A stretch of 64,000 nucleotides of DNA from Tilletiaria anomala UBC 951 (taxonomy: Eukaryota). The stretch is from the NCBI RefSeq assembly GCF_000711695.1, contig NW_013547014.1, forward strand, positions 1-64,000, in the 5' to 3' direction. Position 1 is the stretch's first letter; each line of letters begins with the position of its first letter. A program made the position numbers and the translations under genes. The notes beneath the pieces were generated by a model. That model was not told the origin of the DNA. It saw only the letters and a list, made by a program, of their open reading frames with translations, and did not search any database. This document shows positions 38,753 through 50,559 of the stretch, one piece after another.

Positions 38753-40804
38753 ATGGGAAGCGTGATTGTGGATGCCTCGCGCTCTGAGGCAGCCAAAGCG
38801 GAGGAGCCGGAATATCCTTCGACCACGCCGCACCTTAATGCGTTTGGTTTGCAAGTGCGTTCGACACCATCGGCCGGGCGAGGAGTCTTTGCGACCCGAG
38901 ATGTGCCAGCAAGGGAGGTTATAGAGATTAGCCCCGTGCTCGTCTTTCCGGCTGACGAGTATGAGCTGCATGGACAGCATACACTGCTCGATAGCTACAC
39001 CTTCGTTTGGCGCAAGCGCGAAAGGAGTCGGAATGACATGGCGCTCGCGCTAGGTTTGGGTGAGTCACTTGTGCCACTTATAATGCATATTTGCCGCTAG
39101 ACTGACAGACTTCATCTTTTAGGCTCGCTTTTCAACCACCATCCTACAAGCCCGAACGTCAGCTACACGCTTGACCGAGAGCATAAGTCTATACGCTACA
39201 TCACCGTCCGATCTGTTGCAGCCGGCGAAGAATTGTGCATCAGCTATGGGGCTGGGAGAATGTGGTGGGAGGGCGAGGGCAACGCCAATTCACAGAAAGC
39301 ATTCGGAAATGGCCGTCGGCGAGCGAGTGATGCATCTCTTCCGCCAACGGAAGAAACCGAGTGGCAGCGTATGGCTAATTTGGGCCTTGACGAACAGGAA
39401 GAAGACGTGCCTGTAGGAGCGTCCAGCCCCCTGCCTCAGACTGGCGTTCGAGACCGGCAGAAAGAAGAAACTGTCCCCAGGCCTGTGATCGAAATCAACG
39501 AGGGCTGCCCACTTTGGCGAGTGACGGCGGCTCAAGACCCGATGCGCATTCCTCTCAAGCTAGCCGACGCGTGGGTCATCGACGTCCCGGCTCAGCTCAG
39601 CGGAAAAGCGATAGCTTTCACGAGAACACACGCCGCAAAGCTGGGGAAGGAGTCAGCCGAGGCTGGTTGGCTTGCTCTCAGGCATTTGCGCGCAGTTCGG
39701 GCAGCCGATGCGCCGGAATCAAAAGCCCTCTCTGATGAAGCTGGAGGCGAAGCAAGTAGAACCGCGAGCGCGGACAATGGGTCGCTCTTGACCGTCCTTT
39801 TGTGCTTGAAAAATCCAGGCGCAGAGGAGAAATATGTGCTGGACCTGCTACGAAGATCGGCACCCTTTTTCTCGGAAGACAATGGGCGGCTGCCGCGAGT
39901 GGTTAAAGTGCCGACGACATCAGCGCCTTGCAGGCAACGGCTGCCGGAGTGGAATGCCTACTGGCCAGTAAATGTGCGCGGAAATGTGACTAGCACGGAC
40001 GAGGCTGCAACAGGATCATCACTCAAGATGATCGACCGCGCTGCGGACCGCCGAAGCTGGACGCTCGCTCGACTCGACTGGGTGCGGACTGCTTTCCGAC
40101 GCTGCGTGCGCCTGGCAGCAGTAGCGAAACAAAAAGGCGAACTCCCGATCGGCGTGCATGTCACGGAAGATTTTGGCGCGAGCGCGCCGGCCTACTTTAC
40201 ACCGTACCTCTTCAGTAGCGACGGTGCAGCAGCTTCGGAGGACGAGCAGAAGGAATCATGGCGAATAGAGGTGGACGCGCATGATGTACGATGCAGCGAG
40301 CGCAACCCGCTCAAGCATGGTGTGGTGAATGCCATTCGCAGCGTGGCGGACCTTCGCGTCGCGCGCGAGAAGGCGCGAGAGAATGGACGCTTCTCTTCGA
40401 AAGGAGCCAAGACGACGTCTCAGCACAGCGGCACAGGCAGCAGCGACAGAACGCTTGCGGAGGACGACCCTACGCCGCGCCTTGTGAATGGGCAGGACTA
40501 CCTGCTGACATCGCTGACACTATTCAGCACACACGAGCCCTGTGTGTACTGCACAATGGCCCTCGTTCATTCGCGCGTACGCGCCGTCTACTTCCTCGTG
40601 CCCGCTCCCAAAGCGGGTGGGTGCTGCGGTGCGGCGCTTGGCGACAGGGGGGCGTGCGAGGGCATGCTGGACGGTGGTCCATATGCGCTGCAGGAGCAGA
40701 GCGGGCTCAACCATCGTTTCGATGTTTGGCGGTGGGTCGGGCCTTGGAGTGAGGTCGGCGTAGAGGATGCAGGCATGCTCGAACTGAATGGCTTGGATCC
40801 ATGA
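38753..40804 (+). CDS. TAD3: SET-domain / Tad3 (tRNA adenosine-34 deaminase non-catalytic subunit) fusion protein, two exons
   Basis: Exon 1 has GRGVFAT, EISPVL, YTFVW, MALALGLG. After intron 39060-39122, exon 2 has SLFNH, PNVSY, GEELCISYG and continues without a stop through LRHLRAVR, EWNAYWPV, NPLKHGVVNAI, YLLTSL, HEPCVYCTMALVHSR, LNHRF. Confidence 0.9.
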
Positions 40805-40858
40805 CCCTTATACCTGTTGCTTCTGAATCGCACTATGCTACAGTAAATGCCACTTACT

Positions 40859-42376
40859 CTATCCTGACTCGCCCATCCAGGCGAGGATTTCTTTTGCCCT
40901 CGCTCTGCTCGTCTCCACATCTTGTGCGCTCCCCGCCGCGGGCGCAGACGCAGACGTAGGAGCTGCGACCGAGGTTGTAGCTTGCGCTGCATCCGCGCTC
41001 GCCTCCATCGAGAGCGCCATGTCACCGAATGCAAGGTTACTGCTGTTGCTGCCTGCTCCCTGCAATGGCGCTGCCGCAGTGGCTGAAGCTGAAGGCGCAG
41101 CATCCGAGGAGTCATTGCCAGGCCCGGAAAGAGTCACTTGCGCATGAGCAGGCGCATCGCGCGCTTGTTTGAGCTCGTTAACCAAGACCTGTGAAAAGAA
41201 GAGGGAGTGAGAGGCTCAGGTGTTGGTATTGCGATCTTTCGCGCGTGCGCGGTGAAGTAGCATACTCACTCTTCGTGCGTTGCCTTGAATGCCTTTAAAA
41301 TACCACCCGAGGAACGGCACATACTCGTCTGGAATCGCCACGCCTCTGCCAGCAGCCTTTGCGCCCTGGGCGGATGAGGCTGAAGATTCATCAGACGCGT
41401 TTGCTGTCGATTCGTCTAATGTTTGCGAGGAAGGCGCATTGAGCAAGTGTCGTAAGAGCCAATTCTGCTTAGCCTTATTGAAGCGCCAAGTGCTAACAGT
41501 GCCGTTCACGGCCACCTCCGTCTTCTGCTTTTTCCTGCTGCTCTCCTTGTCCGCTTTGCTGCCTCCCGTGTTGCCCCCAACCTCGGCATCCTTGGCGGCA
41601 AAAGCAATGACGTACGCTAGCGCGTTCTGCGCGCTGGATGTGACCTGCTCCCCCGGGCCGTCTTCTTCTTCTTCTCCCGCAGCATCAGTCCCGCCTTCTC
41701 GTTGCACGAGCTGCGGATCAGAGAATGGGTCGGGGGCGGAGGACAACGGGGGAACGGAAGTATAGGGACGCGAGGCGGGCGCAGACTGCTTTGCTATCGA
41801 TGAGGACTTTGATGGCGAGGATTTCGACTTGGTCCTTGAAGCGTTCTGTTCTGTATCGGCTGCACACTCAACAACCTGATTGACTCCAGTAGTGGACTTT
41901 CGCTTCCGTTTCCTTTTTCGCTTGCTGCTGGTCTCCCCGTCGGCCGTGCTCGTCCCTGCAATATTGATTTGCTTTTGGTCTCCACTCCCGTCGTCTGAGT
42001 CCGAGTCGGAGCCATCTTCTTCTTTTTCCTTTGGGATTTTCGGTGCTGGAGGATACAGCTTGTGATCCTCGCCAACGCTTTCCGTATTGCCGCTCTTGCG
42101 TTTGCTTCGCTTGCGAGAACGCTTGCTTGCGGACTGTGGCTCTTCTGTGGCGGGCGCGACTGTGTCTCTATCTGCTTCTCCGGCTTGGCCAGGCTCGTTT
42201 ATTGATGCCACGGCCGGTTCTTCTACGCTTTTACCATTTTCATTTACTTCAGACTTATCCCTGCTGCTGTTACTACTTGCTGCTGCTGCTGCTGAGGCCG
42301 CTGGGGCTGTTGGTCCTGCACCATTCGTGCTCACGACCTTGGTGGTGCCGCTCTTCCTGGAACGGTGTCGAGCCAT
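40859..42376 (-). CDS. WKF-domain (DUF2373/C7orf50/Ycr016w-like) basic protein, spliced
   Basis: Lys/Arg-rich disordered N-terminus; ALAYV..WRFNKAKQNWLLRHL..IPDEY..YFKGIQGNARR|VLV; C-terminal RARAKEIL; intron at about 41270-41190. Confidence 0.82.
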
Positions 42377-44168
42377 GCTGGCAGCGATGCGGGACGTGTA
42401 CACGGTCAGGCTTGGTCACACTGTGTGTTGCGTCTTCGGCCTCAAAACGCTATGAATTGGGCTTTGAGGTGTGTTCAGACTCTACCCTTCGCACATTTGA
42501 AGCTCTGAAGAGAAAGGTGGCCGATTACTTCACTTCTGCTGTGCGCTTCGACGTGAAACAACTTTCCTTTTTTTCCCGCGTGTCGGGGAAACATCAGATT
42601 CGGTGCAAAGAGTGACAACGTTGATTCTACTGAGATACCAGTGGACGTACTCGGATATACCGACAACCCTAATCAGTGTCATCGACTGACCGGATGTATG
42701 AGCTATGGGGGCATCTATCTGCTTGCCCGCGGATGATGTGGCTCTTTTCATGTGGCTGTGGCTTTGGACATTGTGATCCCTTCCGCGTGATGTTGGATCT
42801 TGCGCGGCGGGCTGGCGCATGCGGAGCAGAATTGCCGGAAAGGCCAGCAGCCAGCAGGCTGATTCTGATTACGTACATAAGTATCGGATCGCTGCCTGGA
42901 AGCACTCTTCATCCAGCAGGCGATGTACTGGAAGCAGCACGCGCTCCTGTTGTGGTTGTTATACATGTTGGAATGTGTATGCAATTCACACATCGTGCTT
43001 GTGTGGGTGTCGTATCTCGCTGTCTCTTCTCGTAAGGTCAACGAATGGTTGAGAGGCGCGCGGGTGTTGTGTTGTGCTCCCTCACTCTTGTTCTGGTCTG
43101 GTGGCCGTTTCGCGCAGACGCCGGCGGGGTGTCTGAAGAATGAGTCCGTGATTGAGAGGAGGCCCGGCCCCTCTTTCTCCCACTGCCCAAGCCTCCCCCC
43201 ACAGTAGTGTCGCCCCATCGCGCATCGCGTGGCCAGTCACAACTCTCCGCATCCTATATCTCCCGTTACACAACGCGTGAACATAACACCTCCGCCCCCC
43301 CGCAAATCGTCGAGGGACCTCCCGCCAGCCTCTCTTGCGCCACTCGTTCCACCTTCTTACATCGGCGACGCATTGCATTTGCTCGTGCTTCAACGTAGAG
43401 GGAGAGAGAGGTGCTAGTGCGTTGACGACCCAGGAGCCAAGTCGTAGAGGGACGGATCTGTGGCCCTCTGTGCACCCGCGTCTCCGCGCTTGCGACATCC
43501 TTTCCCCCGCCACCGCCCTTGGCAGGCCCGCTGGGAATATCACTCGTTCAGCGTGGCCCAACTGCATACAGCTTGCTAGCTGACGGAAAACAGGGGACAG
43601 CGCCGTGGAGGGGGCGAGCGGGCGAGCTTGTCGAGCTCTTCGATCAGGTTTCTACATCATCACTGGCTTGGCCATCAGCAGCATTCATCATTCATATAGC
43701 CTTGTTTACCAGGACGACACTAGCTGGCACGCAACCAAGCGGCGGAGCCGGCCGATATCCGACGCTCTGGGCAGGATCTACGACGTGCGTTGCGTGACCA
43801 CATTCAATCGCAAACTGTCTTTGGCCTCGCTCCCTTCCCCGAGCGCCGGAATCGACGGAGGCAATCGCAACCGCACTCGCACTTTCACGACCCAAGCCAT
43901 CGTCTCTCTTATTTGTCATTACTCAATATAACTCAAGCATACCACAGCGTCCAACGCAACGTAACACACATAACCCCCACGCGAGCGACGACGGCAACGA
44001 ACGACCACCCTGCCACGTTAATCTCTCATTGAACGACTGTTAGGGGTACAGACTCAAGTCCTGTGATTCGACGCCTGCAACTTAACTTTTATACTTGGCC
44101 CCAGATCATATAGCAAAGACGCACCATACACGTCATCGTGTTGTCTATAATAACAGACCTTTGACACC

Positions 44169-47100
44169 ATGGCCGGTTCCGAGAAGGAAAGGCACTCCTC
44201 GGGTCATACCTCGCACAAGCTCTCACATGCTTTCCGCACCTGGTTTCGAGATGTGAGTGATCATTGTGCTTACTGCATGCTATCGCGGCCCGGTACTGAC
44301 AGAGCGTCTTTGCTGTATATATACTCGCAGACCGAGGAGGACGGGACGCCACTGCTTCCGCATCAGCTGTCGCAAAAGTACAATGTCCGGCCAAAGATTC
44401 TGGGGCAAGGCTCCTTTGCGGTCGTCAAACTAGTCGCGGACAAACAGACAGGCGAACAGCGTGCGCTGAAGATTATCGCCAAGAAGCCCCTCAAGGACAA
44501 TAACGAAAAGATGCTCAAGGAGGAGATCAACATCCTGGGGAAAGTCGATCATCCCAATATCCTCAAGATGCATGACCTTTACGAGACCAAAGAGGGTGTC
44601 TTCATCGTCACGGACTACTGCGAGGGTGGCGAGCTATTCGACCGGCTCGTCGAAAAGGTGCATTTCAACGAGCTTGATGCGCGGCATGTCGTCAAGCAGA
44701 TCTTCAGCGGCGTCGAATACCTGCACAAGATAGGCATTATCCATCGCGATCTCAAGCCAGAAAATATCCTACTCAAAGACAAGGCAGACCCGAGCGATAT
44801 TGTCATCTCCGATTTCGGGCTCTCGCGCTTCATTCCCGCGGACGGACTACTGATGACCGCATGCGGGTCACCGCAGTACGTCTCACCGGAAGTTCTCCTG
44901 GGCAAAGGCTACGGCCCTGCCGTTGACATCTGGTCCTCGGGCGTCATCACATATTGCCTCCTGGCCGGCTACACACCCTTCTATGGTGAGGACCAGCCGT
45001 CGCTGTTCCGGCAGATTGTCGAGATGCGCGTTGAGTTCGAGCCGAAGTACTGGTCCGAAATCAGTGACATCGCCAAGGATTTCATCTGCAAGTGTCTCTG
45101 TCCCGCGGAGAAGCGCCTGACGGCCGCGCAGGCGCTGCAGCACCCCTGGCTCACCAACTTGCCTGAGCTACATGACGAGAAGGCCGAGCGCGGTGCATGT
45201 CTCAAGGAGTGTGCCAAGCGTCACGGTGAAAAGGCCGCGGCGAAGAAGAAGCTTGGACGCGCCATCACGGCGATGGAAGTCGTCGCGTATCTAAACAAGC
45301 TCCACTCGCTGCGTGAGGGACACCACGAGGTGCTCCCAAGTGAGAGCCTTGAGAACTTACGTGGCATTGTTGACTCGATCAAGCGCCATCGCCGCGGGCC
45401 TAGCCTGCCACATGGCGACGACGAGATAGACGAGCTGGATGAGATGGTCGAGAAGGCCAAGGCGCAGGTGCACGTGCAGCAGGAACAGGGCTACCACGGG
45501 GCGTTACCGCCTGCGCATGATAGTGGTGCCGGCCGCGCAAGTAGAGCTATGCAGGGCGTGGAACGTGATGAGACGCACGCGACGCTTTCACCCGACGAAG
45601 CGTCAATTGGGGCAAAGGCGCCGGGAAGCAAAGGCGGCAGCGGTATGATGGGCGTCGATCTGGTCGTCATGTCCGTGCTCATGCCGGAAGGCTGGCCATC
45701 CTTGCCAAAAGAGACCAAAGACGGTGAGGCAATCAGCAGCGCCGCGAGCACGAGCAGTGGAAAGGACGGCAGCAATGTGAACGCCGAGCGCGACAGCGAG
45801 CCGGTACCTGCCCCCGCGCCTGCGCCGATGATGCAAGCTGAGCTCCCCGCCTCTGCCGCCAAAGCACTGTCCATGGTCGCGGCTGAGTCAGGGCTCGCTG
45901 ATGGGCCGAATGGAGACGATAGCGTGGAGGCTGCCTCTGTGACAAGCAGCAGTCCTGCGCAGTCTACCGTCACGCTCAAGCCTTCGAATGCGCAAAAGTC
46001 AAAGCAGCAGTTGTCTGTCTCTGCGCCTCTTGACAACAGGAGGAGAAGTACCGAGACGGCAGAGGAGAGACTAAAGCGCCAAGAGAAGCATCCACAGCGG
46101 CACGGCTCTTACACCCCGCGTGAGACCTCCACCTCGACCAAAGCGGCGCTGAACACGCTTCTCGAGCCGTACAAGAAGGGTAATCTGCCATCCTCTGCGC
46201 GCCTCGATCCGACCGTGCCAACTCGCCAACCGACCAAGATCACGCTCTCCAACGCCTGGCGGTACCTCCCGTTCATCGTCCATCAAGGTGTCTCTATCGG
46301 CTCGGCTCTCGCTTCGCATGCCTTCTACGGCCCCCCAAAGAAGAGCTGGGGAGTCGAGCTGAGCGTTTTCACCAAGATCTTGCGCGACTGCGCGCAGTAC
46401 TCCGAGTTTGCGACGATCCAAGGTCTTCAGCAATTCTTCGATCTCGGCAGCTTCTTGCCCATGCCCAAGGATGGCCTCATAACGCCCGTCACCTTCCGCG
46501 TCAATAAGCGCGGGCTCAAGGGTTTCCTTGCTGAGGCTGACGCCGCGGAGGATGGCACGCGCGAGATCACCGGCGAGTGGGTCGTCGGCAAGCATACATG
46601 GAAGCGCCTGCAAGCCGAATGGCGGAGCAAGCAGGAAAAAGGCCGTGAGCGCGTCATCCTCTACTTCCACGGCGGCGCCTACTTTGTCATGTCCGCCGCC
46701 ACGCATCGTCCGCTGACGATCGCGCTGAGCAAGTACACCGACTGTCGCGTCTTCGGCATCAACTATCGCCTCGCGCCTGATACCAAGTTCCCAGGCGCGC
46801 TGCACGACTGTGTGTCGAGCTACTTCAGGCTGGTCGATGAGCTTGGCATCCCGCCAAACAACATCGTACTCGGCGCCGATAGTGCTGGTGGCGGGTTGGC
46901 CATGGCTACGATGCTCTACCTGCGCGATCATGGCTATCCGTTGCCGTCCGGCGCGATGCTTTTCAGCGTGAGTGTGACCTCTCCCAGTGTTCGCTTCTTT
47001 TCACACTCGTTGGCTGATAGTCATGGTTACCTTTGTCTGCATAGCCCTGGGTCGATTTGACCATGTCCTGCGACTCGTGGGATACTAACGCACAGTACGA

Positions 47101-48318
47101 CTACCTGCCCCGTCCCGCGCCTGGCGACCACATGAATCCGGTCACTGCCTACTTGGGACAGAATATTGACAAATACCTCACCCACCCGTATGCCAGCCGT
47201 GAGTTTTAGACAGCTTTAGCGCAAATCAGCTTGGGCGTCTAGCTGACTGTTATGTTTGACTGCTTCACGATGCAGCTCTTTTCGGAGACATGAAGGGCCT
47301 TCCACCGCTGCTGATTCAATGCGGAGATGCCGAGGTGCTCCGTGATGAAGGTACGCTGTTGGCCCACAAAGCTTCCATGGCAGGCGTGTCTGTCCGGCAT
47401 GAGATGTACGAGGACTGCGTGCACGTCTTCCAAGCATTCCTCTTCCTTGATGCCTCTCGCAAGGCACTGCAGAGCGCGCGGCACTTTGTTCGCACTGCGC
47501 TTGACCGGCGCGGACGCACGCGCTCGCACGTCAGCGACAAGGTGCGCAAGGAGATTGATAGGGAGATGCGCGTCAACATGTCTACCGCTAAGGGCGAGCG
47601 CGTGGAGCCGCGCACCGGCGAGAAGGAAGGGCCCGTGACGAGTGTTAGCGACCCTGAGGATCGCGATTCGGACCGAGACGATGAGCAGTGGGAGCTTGAC
47701 CACGAGGCCGCGGCGGAGAGCAGCAGTGCAGGTACTGGCCCCAGCGTGGGTGCTGCAGCAGGTCGGGCTGCGCGTCGCGCGTTCGGCATGGCCGAGAAGG
47801 CTTTCGGCATCGACAATCAGGCGGTCACGGACATGACGAGCCGTGGCGCAGGGCAACACGATGCACGCCGTTCCTCGCCTCGGCCGGAGCCGCAGTGCAG
47901 TCGAACCCAGCCGTCATCGCCAGTCACCCACAGGACTCTATACCCGTTCCAAGCCGGTGCAGGTGCAGGAAAGGGCCCAGCAGCGGGGACCGCACCGCCT
48001 TCAACGGATTCCTCACGCCATCGTCATACCTCTTCGTCTTCTTCCTCGTCCATGTCCGCAACATACATGCGCCGCGCGACGCCGTCCATGTCTCTAGAGG
48101 AAGCGCGCGCATCCGCGTCCGCGGGCATTCGGGCGCAGCATCTGCACGGATCCAAAGGGCATCATGCAGCAGGCAAATTCCTCGAGGGCAAAGTTCCGCC
48201 TGTCATCTCCAAGCCTCGGCTGAGCACGCGCAGCACCAGCAACCTTGCGCTTGACCAGCTTGTCAAGAGCTTCGAGAGGGAGCCGGCTGTAAAGACTGCC
48301 AGGTGGACGGCAGATTGA
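44169..48318 (+). CDS. CaMK-type Ser/Thr kinase / HSL-family alpha/beta-hydrolase fusion protein, four exons
   Basis: Kinase: GQGSFA, ALKII, GGELFDR, HRDLKPEN, DFGLS, TACGSPQYVSPE, DIWSSG, HPWL. The same exon continues to ILYFHGGAY, NYRLAP..FP, GADSAGGG, S|PWVDL, followed by LPPLLIQCGDAEVLRDE and HVFQ. Introns 44253-44330, 46968-47044, 47199-47275. Confidence 0.88.
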
Positions 48319-49023
48319 GTCAAAATCAGCTGGCGTTTGCATGTGGCTTTGCAGGATCCGCGGCGCGAACAGAGATTAAGCAGGAAACGTAATACAAGAA
48401 CGTCATGTATTGTAGCGGACCGTTTTCCTGGCTCCATGCGCATTAGACTGTCCTAACTTGTCCTATCCACACTCATGCCACTGGATGTCGGAGTTACTTT
48501 CTGACCAGTTGGTGAAAGTTGCAGCAAATTGAAGAGCTTAATGTCGTGGGCACTCTTTGTGTGGTGATAGCTCGTCTGTGAGCCCTGGCCCTGACCTGGA
48601 CACCCGAGTGTGCGCAAACAGACATACACGCGACAGGGATGCTGACTACCCACAGAAGAGCACACGTCGTGTGCCAAAGAATGTTCCGTAAACGCTGAAA
48701 TGCGACAGGAGTTCAAGAACCGCTGACACAATCCTTCGCGCGCTGCAGGAGGGCCTGCTGTTCTGCATCCTTAAAGTGCACATCTCCGCAGCGACCTTGC
48801 TCGACGAGTTTCAACGACCTTTATGGTGGGCCGCATCTGTTGCCCCACTCCACCTCTTCGACACTTTCTGTGTGCCGATCAGGTCGGCTCACGTGACGTT
48901 CCCTTTACCGCCGCTGGCGAGTGCTCACGAGCACATCATGCATATCAATATTCAGCCTTCAGGCGAACCCTTGAGGTTCCTTGAGAGAGCCACCAGGCCC
49001 TTTCGGCAGATGTAACACCACCG

Positions 49024-49796
49024 TCATCGAACAAAAACTTTAAGAATGTCTGTAATCCCTTTTTCAAGCATCACGAGCGTCTTGCTGGCGCTGCTCGTCG
49101 GGGGCGCTGTAGAGGCTGCATGAATGACCTCTGCTGGTACGTCGATCGATAGATGGATTTGTCGGATCTGCAGCTTCCGTGCTGATTTCCGCACAAGCAA
49201 GGTCAGCCACGCGTCCGACTAAGGGGGTGCCAGGATGACATGATCATACACGTACCTATCCGAAGCGCCATTGGTAGCGCCAAGTCAGCAGATGTGCGGA
49301 AAAGGGAGGATCCTTGCGCTTGGGAGGGTGCGCTTGATGGAGTGGGAGCGCTTGCCATGGCGATCGCCCATTCTGATGCGACGGCTCCTGCTGGAAGGCG
49401 TTTGTAGTCTTCTCCTCCGTCCACATTTCCACTGGCTGAAAAATTGTTCCCTTCGGGAACGTCCCGACCGGCTGCCTTTAGCGCTGCCTTTAGCTCTTCA
49501 TCTTCCTCCTCATCCACGTTGGCGGCGTCTGTCTTCAATTGGAGGCACTGACTTGATTGTGTGTCTGATTCTGCCACAGTCTGCTTTCTCGCAAGCAGCG
49601 AGGCGACCTCTTCGTCCTGTCCACTTGCTGGCAAACCGGCCCAGACTTGGAAGGAGTCTTGCATGTGCAAAACCTGTACTGCGAACACCTGTGGGATCGG
49701 CGAGAATGGTGCGCCGCTAGGGATGTGCACTAGGTGGGAGGTTGTGGTGAACCGTGAAGCGTCTGGCGCCGGGGGCGCAGATGGTTGCGTTGACAT
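49024..49796 (-). CDS. Proteasome assembly chaperone 4 (PAC4/PSMG4)-like protein, spliced
   Basis: FAVQVLHMQDSFQVWAG, EWAIAM, GSSLFRT..LALPMALRI|ARKLQIRQIHLSIDVP (intron 49255-49182), final helix LEKGITDILKVFVR*. Confidence 0.65.
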
Positions 49797-50559
49797 GCTG
49801 GGCCAGGGCAGGTACTTGAAAAGGCACAGGGCTGGGAGGGGGAAGTAGGGATGCTGAACGGCTTGCTACCCTCGAAGGTGTTCTGATATAAATAACGAAT
49901 GCGTTCCTCAACACCTTGGGGCCTGACCAGGTAATATGCTATCAAATGTACTTGCTATTGCACAAATGCCATCCACTCGATTTTCGAGTAAGCTCGGTGC
50001 AACAGTCGACGCGCTTTAAATAAAGCAAGCCGCGGCACATTTGATGTTCGCAACCATTTAACCCTAACCCTGAAAATACAGAACCTGAACGAAGCATATT
50101 CTGCAAAAAGCCTTCGGATAGGAAGGGGTACCAATTGGCCCTCGTTTGAAGCAGAATCAAAGAGATAGCCTATAAATAGGACGTCCAGACTCGATGGGCG
50201 CCATACCGCAAAATAACGATAACATTCTAAAGAGGTACTCCCTTCTCAGTGACAACTTCGACTGCTTGCTTAAAGTCGGCTTTACCGGCATGTTGCACTG
50301 AGGGGCAGAATTGAAATCTTGCCCAAAATAGCGGAATAGTGCCCAAATCCCCGGATTTGCGGAAATGCTGCTTAAAATCGCAATTTTGAGGAAATCGAAG
50401 CCCTTATTCACAATCTAGCGACCATCAACTTCTTGGAACGTGATCCTTGCATTTCTTGTTGTCCAGAGGGAAATATAGGTCAGGGCAGGCCTAAATAGAT
50501 CAGCACAGACCAACAAGGGTGCCGCTCCCTTCTGTGGCACGCCAAATTGTGCAGAAGCC

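Noticed and set aside
46071..46931. Long antisense ORFs (also 6106-6915, 54496-55254, 33122-33769)
   Set aside because: Expected shadows of GC-rich coding strands; no independent motifs.
23494..49796. PRE6 and a PAC4-like chaperone as a proteasome gene cluster
   Set aside because: They are 25 kb apart with many unrelated genes between; no evidence of linkage.
50058..50072. TAACCCTAACCCT telomere-like sequence
   Set aside because: Only two units; chance level.
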